DNA from: Escherichia phage vB_EcoM_SQ17
DNA length: 64,000 bases
Direction: 5' to 3' (one strand)
Sequence record: MW882907
In this document: piece after piece, positions 9,179 through 18,424 of the stretch
Position numbering within the stretch: position 1 is the first letter of the stretch
Layout: every line of letters starts with the position of its first letter
Notes under the pieces: model-generated
Told to the model about the DNA's origin: nothing
The model's database searches: none
What the model saw: the letters and a program-made list of their open reading frames with translations, nothing else
Program-made: the position numbers and the translations under genes

Positions 9179-9673
9179 TTAATTTAGAATATTAACTACT
9201 GCACTACGTGGAACCACACTAAAATCACCGGCATGAACAACGTTCAGAAGTTCAACCCCATCTTCAATCCACTGGTCAGTTACCCATCCATTTACTGGAC
9301 CATCGAATGGGCGTCGAATTGAAACATATTTACACAATAAATCAGTAGGCTCAATAGGCTTAATCAGAGTACCGTACATACAAACGATATCCATATCAAA
9401 GTGGAGACCATCTTTAACAGGTGCTTCTTCAATCAACAGTTCAAAGTCGGTGCTTGGGATGGCAGTAGTAGAAATTGTACCGTATGAATTTTTAATTTCT
9501 AAGAATAACCAAGGGCCTTCAACTTGTTTAATGAAGTTAACAATAGTGAAACTATTACCTTGAGTGGCACCTAAAATTTCACAAAACTTTTCATAAGCTC
9601 GCACTGAAGCACCGTACCAGTTGATTTGTTTTTCGTCTTTCAGGATGTAAGTAGCCATAGTATTGATATTCAT
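9179..9673 (-). CDS. hypothetical protein, member C of a tandem paralog triplet
   Basis: 164 aa; GWVTDQWIEDGVELLNVVHAGDFSVVPR matches the shared C-terminal motif. Confidence 0.6.
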   Translation of the reverse strand: MNINTMATYILKDEKQINWYGASVRAYEKFCEILGATQGNSFTIVNFIKQVEGPWLFLEIKNSYGTISTTAIPSTDFELLIEEAPVKDGLHFDMDIVCMYGTLIKPIEPTDLLCKYVSIRRPFDGPVNGWVTDQWIEDGVELLNVVHAGDFSVVPRSAVVNILN

Positions 9674-9704
9674 AATGTTTTTCCTGTTTGGTTAAGATAG
9701 AAAG

Positions 9705-9734
9705 ATTATACTCCAACCATCCTTGGTTGTAAAC
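9705..9734 (-). promoter_or_regulatory. early promoter (-35 GTTTAC, -10 TATAAT) with CAACCA-N4-TGGTTG inverted repeat in spacer
   Basis: minus strand GTTTAC-aaccaaggatggttggag-TATAAT; about 48 nt nearly identical to the cassette at 52405-52455. Confidence 0.55.
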
Positions 9735-9739
9735 TGGTT

Positions 9740-10417
9740 TTATCGCTGTTTTACACTTAACGGGTCAGGATTCTCAGGGACATCTTCAAGGCCAAGCGCA
9801 TAACGCTGAGCATATTTTAACATCAAAATATCTTTAGCACAATCATGAATACTATCATGGGCAACGAATCCTTTTAGCGTACCCATCGGTAATGGACACA
9901 TACTTAATCCTCGTGTCAACGAGTAAGCTTCGATTGCCGTACGAATATCACGTTGAGCCCAGAATTTAACCGGTTCTAATTTATCAGTATCAATCTCTGG
10001 TTCAGGAACACCTTCATCACGATAGAGGTCACGAATCAAATCGACCAATATCGGGAAGTCAAAGCTCATACCACGGCACCACATCTGTGATTTCCATTGG
10101 TCAACTTTATTAGCTCGGCAATAATCTAAAAAGATTTTAATGCCTTCAAGCGTAGTGACATCGTCTTCAGACGGAGCCAAGTTTTTACGTGCTTCAGCCG
10201 ATTGTTCTTTCCACCATTTCATAGTGGATTTAGCGAAAACTCGCTTACCTTTCTGAGAAGCTAAATTAAATTTAATTCGCTTACCTCGTTGAACAAGTTC
10301 TTCAAATGATTCAACAACTTCAGGGTCGGAATTATATGCAATAACCGCAAGGTCAATAACAGCCGCTTTTGATGTATTGCCGAATGTTTCAAAATCTATA
10401 ATAACATCAGTGCTCAT
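9740..10417 (-). CDS. dexA: exonuclease A (DEDDh 3'-5' exonuclease)
   Basis: 225 aa; N-terminal VIIDFETFG exonuclease motif I; size and position immediately downstream of dda match T4 DexA. Confidence 0.85.
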   Translation of the reverse strand: MSTDVIIDFETFGNTSKAAVIDLAVIAYNSDPEVVESFEELVQRGKRIKFNLASQKGKRVFAKSTMKWWKEQSAEARKNLAPSEDDVTTLEGIKIFLDYCRANKVDQWKSQMWCRGMSFDFPILVDLIRDLYRDEGVPEPEIDTDKLEPVKFWAQRDIRTAIEAYSLTRGLSMCPLPMGTLKGFVAHDSIHDCAKDILMLKYAQRYALGLEDVPENPDPLSVKQR

Positions 10418-10426
10418 AATTTTCTC

Positions 10427-11740
10427 TCAAATAAAATGGACGTCAAACCGACCACGAGTTGTGCCAACATACAATAACTGTTTAGCTAATTCTGAATCAG
10501 CGTAATGGATACACGGTGTATAAACAAAGGCCGTGTCAACAGACATACCCTGGGCCTTATGGAAGGTTGATACTGGTAGTGCCTTCACCTTAGTGAACAT
10601 ACGTTTAGCATCCCAGAATTCGCTCCATGGGGCTTTACCACCTTTATTCCAAAATTTGTATGTTTCTGCGGTCTTAGCCAAAAACAAATTGAATTTATAA
10701 AGCTCTTCTTCAGAAGAAATAACCTTTATATCTTCGCGGATGTATTCTTCATCATCCCCATATGTTTCTACTGTAAGATTCCAGTATCGTATCATATATT
10801 CGCCTGAAACACCACGTGCTTTAACGAATGTAGACGTTTCTACAGCATCTCGAATACGAACGAATTGGCCGTTATTGAAAAGCATTTCGGTCATATTTTT
10901 ACCATCTAGCTTATATGTCTTAGTAAACGGCTCTTGTAGAACAATGACTTCGTCTTTAATAAATGGTTTTTCTGTTTCAAGAAGTTTTCGGCGAATAATT
11001 GAATTTAACTTGTCCACCGACTTATTTGTGAATGCCATCATTCGATTTTCGAAAAGGTCTTCAGGAGTTTTAACGACGTTAAAATAGTTCATCATATACG
11101 ATTTAAGGTCTGTATATCCGTGAACACCATGTCCATCAACTACTTTATCATAAATCCATTTGCCATTACGAATATCAGTCGCAACATCAATAATCGGTGC
11201 ATTGCTACGTTTAACTTCTGTAAGGTTGCATTGCACGAAGTCTTTGTGGGTGAAGAAAGGACTTAGATACGCAGTTGATTCACCTGGGTCTACCGGACGA
11301 ATCTGGCATCGGTCGCCGATTCCAATTACTGTACACCATTTAGGGATACTAGCTAACATTATTTTAAACAGAGAACGGTCGCACATTGACGCTTCATCAA
11401 ATAACAGTACACGGCACAAGGCTAAGTCGGGAACCTTTTTCTGTTCAAACAGTACGTTTTCTTCGTATGTAGTTGGGTTGATTTTAAGAATGCTATGAAT
11501 AGTCGATGCTTCTTGACCCGCAAGTTTGCTTAGAACCTTTTTAGCAGCATGTGTAGGGGCTGCTAAAATAATACCTGATTCTCCAGAAGAAATAAGGGCT
11601 TCAACGATGAATCTAGTAAGGGTTGTTTTACCTGTACCAGCAGGTCCATTAATAGTTACATGATGTTTCTTTTCTTTAATAGCTTCCATAACAACGTTGA
11701 AGGCGTTTTTCTGGCCTTCAGTCAAATCATCAAATGTCAT
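10427..11740 (-). CDS. dda: Dda DNA helicase (SF1B)
   Basis: 437 aa; Walker A GPAGTGKTT, Walker B LLFDEASM; N-terminus matches remembered T4 Dda. Confidence 0.9.
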   Translation of the reverse strand: MTFDDLTEGQKNAFNVVMEAIKEKKHHVTINGPAGTGKTTLTRFIVEALISSGESGIILAAPTHAAKKVLSKLAGQEASTIHSILKINPTTYEENVLFEQKKVPDLALCRVLLFDEASMCDRSLFKIMLASIPKWCTVIGIGDRCQIRPVDPGESTAYLSPFFTHKDFVQCNLTEVKRSNAPIIDVATDIRNGKWIYDKVVDGHGVHGYTDLKSYMMNYFNVVKTPEDLFENRMMAFTNKSVDKLNSIIRRKLLETEKPFIKDEVIVLQEPFTKTYKLDGKNMTEMLFNNGQFVRIRDAVETSTFVKARGVSGEYMIRYWNLTVETYGDDEEYIREDIKVISSEEELYKFNLFLAKTAETYKFWNKGGKAPWSEFWDAKRMFTKVKALPVSTFHKAQGMSVDTAFVYTPCIHYADSELAKQLLYVGTTRGRFDVHFI

Positions 11741-12048
11741 CGTAAAGTCCCTGCAATTGGAATACTAACAATACGTCCTGTGTCCAGGATTCGTTGATAC
11801 AATTTTTGCGTCTCCGCATCTAGTTTAACGTGTTTCATTTCAAGCTTATTAAACCAGAACTTACGCGGAGTTTCGACCATTCTTAGAACTCCCATTTTTA
11901 AATCCGTTTTATACTGTGTTTTCAAAGTATCGAAAACTTTATCTGCAATATCTTTTCTAAAAAATACTGCAGGACGATGCTCATCAAGTGGAACCGGGAC
12001 AGTAAATCCTTCCATATCTCGATAAACTATTGCATATACATAAACCAT
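11737..12048 (-). CDS. hypothetical protein (dda.1 position)
   Basis: 103 aa ORF, start overlapping the dda stop. Confidence 0.5.
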   Translation of the reverse strand: MVYVYAIVYRDMEGFTVPVPLDEHRPAVFFRKDIADKVFDTLKTQYKTDLKMGVLRMVETPRKFWFNKLEMKHVKLDAETQKLYQRILDTGRIVSIPIAGTLR

Positions 12049-12050
12049 AA

Positions 12051-12797
12051 TTAACCTTTAATCAGTTGGAATAATGATGCGCTAAGTGGTAAGCCACGTT
12101 TCAATTTTAATTTACCAATGAAACCAATCTTTTTAAAACGTTGCAGACCTTGGATAACTTTATCATATGTATCGAAAAGCGATTCAGCGTCAGTTAATTT
12201 AGTTTTAGTTTTCCAGTCAGAGCCTTTAAGAAGAACGTTGAGTTTAGTAAGTTCATGGCCTTCTGCTTGATGTGAGCCATTAATGCGTGCTTTCAAAGCA
12301 ACAATTCTAAGTTTAGATTCGTTAGATAAAGGTTGATTTTTCATCATGTTTGCCATATGCTTAACACGATTTTCACGTTTTGCTCGGATTTTTAAAATAG
12401 TACCATAAACCTTTTTAATTTGGGCCCATTTCTTCTCGTCGAGATTAAGTTTCTCTACTTTACGGGCAGAAGGATTAGCGATACGTCTTGCAATGGCATC
12501 ACGTTTCTCAATAAGTTCTTCTAATGTTAAATCAGAACGAGCCGTGTTATATTTTTTCTTAACTGGGATAACATTACCTTTAATGTAGCCGATATCATTA
12601 TTAAAACGTTCTAAGGATAATTTCTCACCTTCAACAGAGTTATTAAAAGATTCACCTGAGTAAGCGCAGACCTTTTGATCAAGAATGTTTTTAAGGTAAT
12701 TAAAGTCTAAGTTAAAATCCTTAGAGCGTCTCTTCGCAGAAGCTCTGGTGTGGTCAAGACGACGATTGATTTTGTTAATTTTATTATTTGACAACAT
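12051..12797 (-). CDS. basic hypothetical protein; Srd-like by size and position
   Basis: 248 aa, Lys/Arg-rich; T4 carries srd (about 251 aa) between dda.1 and modA; sequence identity not verified; weak HNH-like LERFNNDIGYIKGNV pattern noted. Confidence 0.4.
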   Translation of the reverse strand: MLSNNKINKINRRLDHTRASAKRRSKDFNLDFNYLKNILDQKVCAYSGESFNNSVEGEKLSLERFNNDIGYIKGNVIPVKKKYNTARSDLTLEELIEKRDAIARRIANPSARKVEKLNLDEKKWAQIKKVYGTILKIRAKRENRVKHMANMMKNQPLSNESKLRIVALKARINGSHQAEGHELTKLNVLLKGSDWKTKTKLTDAESLFDTYDKVIQGLQRFKKIGFIGKLKLKRGLPLSASLFQLIKG

Positions 12798-12949
12798 AAT
12801 ATTTTCCTCTGTCTTACGGACGTTAGGTCATTTAGCTGATAAGCTTATAATATCATGCCCTCAGGTAGTGTACACTCTTTTTTCATAAAATGCTTTAATT
12901 TTTTATGTGTTATAATGGTTCTGAGTTCCATCCGGTTATTCCAATTCAG

Positions 12950-13558
12950 TCAGTAACTGACAATAGACAGATTCCAGATTGTATAACGTCCATCTTGAAT
13001 AATAGAATCTACACGCAGTGTAGTCCCTATAGGGAGCATAAATTCACATTCGTCAGATATAAGTCTAGCATTAGACCGTCTTGTCGCTTCAGGGAAAGCT
13101 CCATTGAACTCACAAGATGGTGCAGCCAGAATCATATTAAGCATATGTTCACGGAAGTTGAAAGCAAATGGTGCATCTTTGATGCAGAACATATTAAATG
13201 TTCCGTAAAAATTATACGAAGCAAAGTTACGTGCTACACCGAACACTGGGCTGAAGCTCATTACTCTGTCAAATTTAATAATACTACCAATACCTTTATC
13301 ATCGAGTGTGGCCATAGTTTTCTTAGAGATTCCACGATACATTGTCTCAGGAACAGAAGACGTCCAATTTCTACGAACGATTGAACTTAACTCCTGTTGA
13401 ATACAGTCTGGCTTGTTTTCCATACACTGCCACAGTACACTTTGTTCAATGTCGCTGAATTGACTATCAATTTCGTACTGCAATACATCTTGATATTCGG
13501 GGTTTTGAGCACGACGAACCATTTCTTCAATTTCACACTCGTTATACGGCATAAACAT
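12950..13558 (-). CDS. modA: ADP-ribosyltransferase, ModA/ModB family (ModA position)
   Basis: 202 aa; paralog of the adjacent ORF; conserved YRG arginine motif and S-x-S region typical of R-S-E ADP-ribosyltransferases; ATG at 13556-13558 preceded by CCAGAGGAGAA. Confidence 0.6.
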   Translation of the reverse strand: MFMPYNECEIEEMVRRAQNPEYQDVLQYEIDSQFSDIEQSVLWQCMENKPDCIQQELSSIVRRNWTSSVPETMYRGISKKTMATLDDKGIGSIIKFDRVMSFSPVFGVARNFASYNFYGTFNMFCIKDAPFAFNFREHMLNMILAAPSCEFNGAFPEATRRSNARLISDECEFMLPIGTTLRVDSIIQDGRYTIWNLSIVSY

Positions 13559-13615
13559 TTAGGTTTCTCCTCTGGTTGATAAAAGTATAGTATCATCGTC
13601 GGTAGAGTTTGTACA

Positions 13616-14197
13616 CTAAAAATTCAACATTTTTAAATGAATGATTTTGTATAACCGAGATAAAGGGTCATATTCTAAGTCTTCAATTTCCACAATCTCA
13701 AATCTAGAGATACCTGAGACCATGTACTCTTGTTCAGATTCAATCATATCTAGGACGTCAACACGCTTTTCTTCCATAACATGCTTAGGGTTCTTCCCGG
13801 CAAGTACAATGTTAACCATGTTTTGGTAGTAATCAAAAATGAATGGAGCATTCCTGAGACTAAGAATAGTGTACGTCTGATATTCCCATCTCCCAGAGAA
13901 TTGACGAGCTGTACTGAAATCAGTTGTGAACGATGTTACTCGTCCAGGAGACCAATGACATCCAACAGAAAGAAGGGAAAGACGTTCTACTTCTTCTGGA
14001 GTTACACCACGGTAGAGTTCTACTGGTACTGTAGAAGTCATATGCTTACGAACAAGATGGTCTAATTCATAGTGGAAATCCGGGTCTTCCTTAGAATCGG
14101 TGCAAGCCCAGAGAATGTTTTGTTCTTGGCGGGTGAATTTGCTATCAATCAGATTTGTTAGGTATTCGCGTTCTTGAAGTTCAGATTGACATGTCAT
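13616..14197 (-). CDS. modB: ADP-ribosyltransferase, ModA/ModB family (ModB position)
   Basis: 193 aa; ELYRGV and FSTARQF motifs; paralogous to 12950-13558; A versus B assignment is positional only. Confidence 0.6.
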   Translation of the reverse strand: MTCQSELQEREYLTNLIDSKFTRQEQNILWACTDSKEDPDFHYELDHLVRKHMTSTVPVELYRGVTPEEVERLSLLSVGCHWSPGRVTSFTTDFSTARQFSGRWEYQTYTILSLRNAPFIFDYYQNMVNIVLAGKNPKHVMEEKRVDVLDMIESEQEYMVSGISRFEIVEIEDLEYDPLSRLYKIIHLKMLNF

Positions 14198-14413
14198 GAT
14201 AGACCTCCATTTAAAGATAAGCCTATCATAACACGAGAGGAGGGAATGTAAACTACTTTTTAAGCTTTCCTACTAAAGGTCCATCAGGACCAGGTTGTTC
14301 TAACATGAATAAGGATGCTTTAAAAAGCAATGTCAACCCTTTCACCATTCGATACCATGTCTCAAAGTCTTTTTCCTTGATTTCTAGTAAGAATTTCTCT
14401 TTAAATTTCTCTT

Positions 14414-14602
14414 TCATTTCCAAGGACTCCATGGTGGAGGGTCGTCATAATAAGAGGCAAGGTCTTTCAGGGCTTCAACAGGTAAACTAAAGCCGTGACG
14501 TTGTATAATACTATCTAGTTCATCAACAAGTTCACTACGATGCACTTTAGGAGCCTCAACTTCAGGCTCATCAAACATACTCATCAAGTCCATATTATTC
14601 AC
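14414..14602 (-). CDS. hypothetical protein
   Basis: 62 aa acidic ORF in the array. Confidence 0.4.
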   Translation of the reverse strand: MNNMDLMSMFDEPEVEAPKVHRSELVDELDSIIQRHGFSLPVEALKDLASYYDDPPPWSPWK

Positions 14603-15059
14603 CGAGATAAAAACTAGCAGGTTCAGAGAATGTTTCTAGTGCTACACCTTTTGTCTTAAAAAATTTCCAAATAGCCCGTTGCAAGTGGATTAAATCTGCT
14701 AATGATGTAATAAAGTATTTTTTGGCAAAATACTTATGGTCTCGCTTTTCAAACAAGTCTAAACGCTTTTCAGGATTCACATAAACTGCATTTTCCGTGG
14801 ATTCATAACCTAAGTCCTTTATGCCTTCTTCAAGACTAAACGGAGAATTTTTAGAATGAGTAATAGCTCCAACTCGCTCTACACGAATTTTGTAACCTTT
14901 AGGAATCTGCAATTTGCAGAATTCTTCTACGATATATTGCGGATTATTTAGACTTTTGTTAATGAGAATAGCTATTTCTAGTGGAGTCTTATCTTCCACT
15001 GGTATATGTTTAAATGACTTGGCTTCAAGCAAATACATTTTAAATAGCATAGCATCCAT
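14595..15059 (-). CDS. hypothetical protein (mrh region by position)
   Basis: 154 aa ORF; positional analogy to T4 mrh only. Confidence 0.45.
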   Translation of the reverse strand: MDAMLFKMYLLEAKSFKHIPVEDKTPLEIAILINKSLNNPQYIVEEFCKLQIPKGYKIRVERVGAITHSKNSPFSLEEGIKDLGYESTENAVYVNPEKRLDLFEKRDHKYFAKKYFITSLADLIHLQRAIWKFFKTKGVALETFSEPASFYLGE

Positions 15060-15265
15060 TATAATTTCCTCGATGGTTCACCCATATAAAGTTTTACAAT
15101 ACGTTCGCCTTCATCTTCGACGAGCTTTTCTTCATGTTTCTGGAATTCTTTAGCCATATTCTCTTCAAGAACATCCAACCAATCTTCTGGTTCGACTCCA
15201 TCATTCCAGCTTTTAAACCATCTTACCACTCTGTTCATTCGCAGCTCCCTGAGCTTGAACCACAA
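15059..15265 (-). CDS. hypothetical protein (srh region by position)
   Basis: 68 aa ORF. Confidence 0.4.
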   Translation of the reverse strand: MWFKLRELRMNRVVRWFKSWNDGVEPEDWLDVLEENMAKEFQKHEEKLVEDEGERIVKLYMGEPSRKL

Positions 15266-15483
15266 TCAGAATAACTTGACCCAGAATCACCAGGCCAAGA
15301 CGATACGTATGAATGATTATAATCGGAAGAGCTTGAAGCATTAACCTGTTTTGTTTTTGGACGAACAACTTCTTCCATCATTCCATCACCGATATATTCC
15401 CAACTTTTTTCGTGTGTATCAGGAATAGGCACCATGCCTTCGCCTGGTTTAGCAGCAAACAACTTCTTCAGTATCGTAAGCAT
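15235..15483 (-). CDS. hypothetical protein
   Basis: start reassigned to ATG at 15481-15483 preceded by GAGGAA; the longer ORF-track version overlaps the upstream gene by 110 nt. Confidence 0.4.
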   Translation of the reverse strand: MLTILKKLFAAKPGEGMVPIPDTHEKSWEYIGDGMMEEVVRPKTKQVNASSSSDYNHSYVSSWPGDSGSSYSDCGSSSGSCE

Positions 15484-15676
15484 TAATTGTTCCTCGAACA
15501 AAACGAACACCGCCGTCGTCCCAACGGATTTCGGCGTTAAATTTGATGTCTTCACCATCCATCATGAATGAGTGTACGACTACATCATCATAATATCCAA
15601 GACCGTATTTCAACGAAACTTCTTGAGCAATTAAAGCACCTAATGTGTTATTAGGTTTAATCCAACGATTTAACAT
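15449..15676 (-). CDS. hypothetical protein (75 aa)
   Basis: start reassigned to ATG at 15674-15676 preceded by CAAGAGGAGAA; early promoter -35 GTTTAC at 15729-15734. Confidence 0.45.
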   Translation of the reverse strand: MLNRWIKPNNTLGALIAQEVSLKYGLGYYDDVVVHSFMMDGEDIKFNAEIRWDDGGVRFVRGTINAYDTEEVVCC

Positions 15677-15743
15677 ATTGTTCTCCTCTTGAGTAAGTAA
15701 GAATATCTTAACACAGTTTTTAGTGGTTGTAAACTGTAGAAAC

Positions 15744-15772
15744 AAAAAAAAAAAGGAATCCCGAAGGATTCC
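15744..15772 (-). terminator. rho-independent terminator (GGAATCC-TTCG-GGATTCC + U11)
   Basis: perfect 7-bp stem with tetraloop followed by an 11-nt T-run on minus strand, directly downstream of soc. Confidence 0.65.
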
Positions 15773-15780
15773 TTGAATTA

Positions 15781-16017
15781 TTAACCACCTATTTGTGTAG
15801 GCGTAAACATTGCTGCGTTCTTGGTCTTCCAGTCAGCAGCATCAGAAACTACAGTAGAATATGCTGCCTTTTCTGATGGAAAGATTTGGTAATGAGAATC
15901 CGCAATCCGATGTTCGTTTGAATAAATCTCAAACGGCACAGAAACTTCCATACCTTTAACTTCTTTGCCTTCACCGGCAGGATGCGTAAAGGTTTTGATG
16001 TTTACATAACCACCCAT
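15781..16017 (-). CDS. soc: small outer capsid protein Soc
   Basis: 78 aa; GYVNIKTF ... HYQIFPSEKAAYSTV matches remembered T4 Soc. Confidence 0.85.
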   Translation of the reverse strand: MGGYVNIKTFTHPAGEGKEVKGMEVSVPFEIYSNEHRIADSHYQIFPSEKAAYSTVVSDAADWKTKNAAMFTPTQIGG

Positions 16018-16048
16018 AATTAACTCCTTTGTTGTTTAATTACAGGTG

Positions 16049-16056
16049 TATTTATA
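16049..16056 (-). promoter_or_regulatory. T4 late promoter TATAAATA upstream of soc
   Basis: minus strand TATAAATA about 32 nt upstream of the soc ATG, followed by AAAGGAG ribosome-binding site. Confidence 0.5.
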
Positions 16057-16062
16057 ACTTAA

Positions 16063-16584
16063 TCAGTAACCATTATCTTGGCGTTCAAAGTTGTGTTGGT
16101 TTTTCAAGTAGTAAAGTTTAAAGATTTCTTCAGCAGTAAGACCCAGACCTTGGAACATATTTAGAACGAAATGTAGGATATCAATCATCTCGAATTTAAT
16201 TTCAAGCTGGTCTTCAGGAGACAGTTCATCGATACGACGATTTCGATATTCAGCATGTTGTGCCTTCCATGGCTTCCATACAGAGCTAGCGGCTTTTTCA
16301 CCATTGCTCATACCACCAAGTGAAGTCAGCAGTTCACGGAATTCATCATCAATATAATCTTTCTGATTACGCAGCCAATCAACAACATCACCAGCAGTAG
16401 CCAATTCATCAGGATGTTTGTTATGTTCAGGCTTGTCATTTGCCAGACGAACCTGTAAAGATTTCTGCATATCAAGCATTACCTGCAGTGGGTCTTTATC
16501 TTCGTGAATCAGAGCATTAAAATAAGCTTCTTCTGCTTTATCAACACCAGAAATAAGTTGTGAACATTCGTTAAAGTGCGCCAT
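16063..16584 (-). CDS. 56: dCTP pyrophosphatase (MazG-like dCTPase/dUTPase)
   Basis: start reset to MAHFNEC (ATG 16582-16584, upstream AAAGGAAA); N-terminus and DPLQVMLDMQ block match remembered T4 gp56. Confidence 0.85.
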   Translation of the reverse strand: MAHFNECSQLISGVDKAEEAYFNALIHEDKDPLQVMLDMQKSLQVRLANDKPEHNKHPDELATAGDVVDWLRNQKDYIDDEFRELLTSLGGMSNGEKAASSVWKPWKAQHAEYRNRRIDELSPEDQLEIKFEMIDILHFVLNMFQGLGLTAEEIFKLYYLKNQHNFERQDNGY

Positions 16585-16673
16585 TATTTTTCCTTTCAAT
16601 TCAGTATAAGAGAGTTTAATTCTAACATTAATTTTATAAAGCGTAATAAATAATAGGTAACTAAGGAGATATT

Positions 16674-16871
16674 ATGTTTAAACTTCCATCGTTAATCAAC
16701 GCTATTAAAGGCAATAAAAAGAAAACTGCTATCGCTGCAATAGTTGTAGGTGGCATTATTTCATGGAACTTCGGGATTGCGCCATTGTTAGTTGCCCATG
16801 GTGTTATGGTTCCTTCTGTTCCATTGGATACTGTAGTTGATTTGGCCTTTGCTATTATAGGGCTTGTTTAA
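16674..16871 (+). CDS. small hydrophobic protein, the only convincing plus-strand gene
   Basis: 65 aa with two predicted membrane-spanning segments; AAGGAG six nt upstream of ATG; lies in the minus-strand intergenic gap between gene 56 start and gene 61 stop. Confidence 0.45.
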   Translation: MFKLPSLINAIKGNKKKTAIAAIVVGGIISWNFGIAPLLVAHGVMVPSVPLDTVVDLAFAIIGLV

Positions 16872-17890
16872 ATCTTCGAATAACGAGATAATCTCATTTT
16901 AGCATGCAACCCACTTGAAATATTCTGTTTCATATATTCTAAAATTTCTTGTGGTGTTGCATTTTCTTTCATTACCATATCATTCACATCCTTTGATCTC
17001 CATGGAGCTCGGTCCCAGAACATGACACGTTCGCCTGCATCAACTAATCGCTTCATGCGAGCTATAGTATCCGGATGCCTAGGTTCATTATCCATTACCC
17101 ATACCCGACGTTCTTTAAATGGTACCACATCTAAATCTATTGAGCCGCCTGTAATAGCGATTGCATTGGGTATGAATAAACTATCAATAGGGCCTTCCAT
17201 TACCCAGACGTCTCCTTCCTTAACACGTTCAACACCATAAATTTTTGTTGCAGACTCAAACGCTTTAATAGTGATATATTTCTGAGGAGCATCTTTACGA
17301 AGTGCACGTCCTTGGAATGACTCGGCCTTCCCGTCTTTATTAAAAATAGGAATCACTAAACGTGGTTCGGGAATCTCTTTCTTATACGTACCAGGTTGAA
17401 TCTTATTGACCAATTTAGGCCATTCTAATGTGAACCATAGTCTATTCCATGATTCTTTAGGAATACACCGAGACTTAACATATTTCACAATAGGATGCTC
17501 TTCAGGCAGTTTGTCCAGACGAGAACAAGACGGCAAAGAATTTATAGTCTTTTTCTCTGGCTCCGGCTTAGCTTCAGGAACCTTTTCAATCTTTGGTTCC
17601 ATTCTAGTTTTTTCTTTACGGACTTCCATTAGATATTCGCGATAAAGCTCTTCATCATACTCTTTTAAGTATCCTGAAATTGTATTGTGGTATTGACAGT
17701 TATAGCAATGTACATTACCAGGAGTACCGCCATAATACCATCCACGAGCTTTCATTGCATCTGTCTGGGAGTCGCCACAAACTGGACATCGAAATGTTAA
17801 TTTAAATGTGCTTGAATTATTGATTTGTCTAAAACGAGGTAGGTGAGAAAACGCACGATAAGCAAATTCATTATCTATCCATTCAGCCAT
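16868..17890 (-). CDS. 61: DNA primase
   Basis: 340 aa; zinc finger CPVCGDS...CYNC and Toprim region; collinear with remembered T4 gp61. Confidence 0.9.
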   Translation of the reverse strand: MAEWIDNEFAYRAFSHLPRFRQINNSSTFKLTFRCPVCGDSQTDAMKARGWYYGGTPGNVHCYNCQYHNTISGYLKEYDEELYREYLMEVRKEKTRMEPKIEKVPEAKPEPEKKTINSLPSCSRLDKLPEEHPIVKYVKSRCIPKESWNRLWFTLEWPKLVNKIQPGTYKKEIPEPRLVIPIFNKDGKAESFQGRALRKDAPQKYITIKAFESATKIYGVERVKEGDVWVMEGPIDSLFIPNAIAITGGSIDLDVVPFKERRVWVMDNEPRHPDTIARMKRLVDAGERVMFWDRAPWRSKDVNDMVMKENATPQEILEYMKQNISSGLHAKMRLSRYSKI

Positions 17891-17929
17891 AGTATTCTCC
17901 AGAGGCCTTAAATTAATAAGGCCATCATA

Positions 17930-18424
17930 TCACAACTTATTAATATTTACTTTAATTCGCTTTCTTTTCTTGGAAGGAATTTGTTCTGGACCTTTATTTA
18001 CGACTGCACCTGTAGTTGTTCCTGATGCAATAGCTTGAGGACTACCGCCTGAATCACCAGCAACCATATCCTCAAATAAAGGGAGTTCTTTAAATATTTC
18101 TTTCTGTTGTTCTTCCGTAATGTTATAGCGTGAAGCTACAGCACTCCAGGCAGACATCATTGAGGCCATTCCATTAAGACCCGGAACAGTGCTCATCATT
18201 CGCTTCATTGAACGAACTGAAGCATGAAAAGGTGTATACGCCGCTTTCTCTTCGGGAGTAGAAGGACGTTTAAGAACACTTCCACGTTCATCGATGATTT
18301 TGGCTTCGTATGCTTTCCATTCGGTAAAAGGTTTTTGCATTAGTCGAATAAACTTATATGCATAAACAGAATCTATTGCAGTGTTAATAATACCCATAGG
18401 TACCTCCTGAGTATATTTAATCAA
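17930..18424 (-). CDS. hypothetical protein (61.1 position)
   Basis: 164 aa ORF. Confidence 0.5.
   Translation of the reverse strand: MIKYTQEVPMGIINTAIDSVYAYKFIRLMQKPFTEWKAYEAKIIDERGSVLKRPSTPEEKAAYTPFHASVRSMKRMMSTVPGLNGMASMMSAWSAVASRYNITEEQQKEIFKELPLFEDMVAGDSGGSPQAIASGTTTGAVVNKGPEQIPSKKRKRIKVNINKL

Noticed and set aside
12905-13384. plus-strand 159-aa ORF overlapping the ModA-like gene
   Set aside because: antisense to a motif-supported ADP-ribosyltransferase gene
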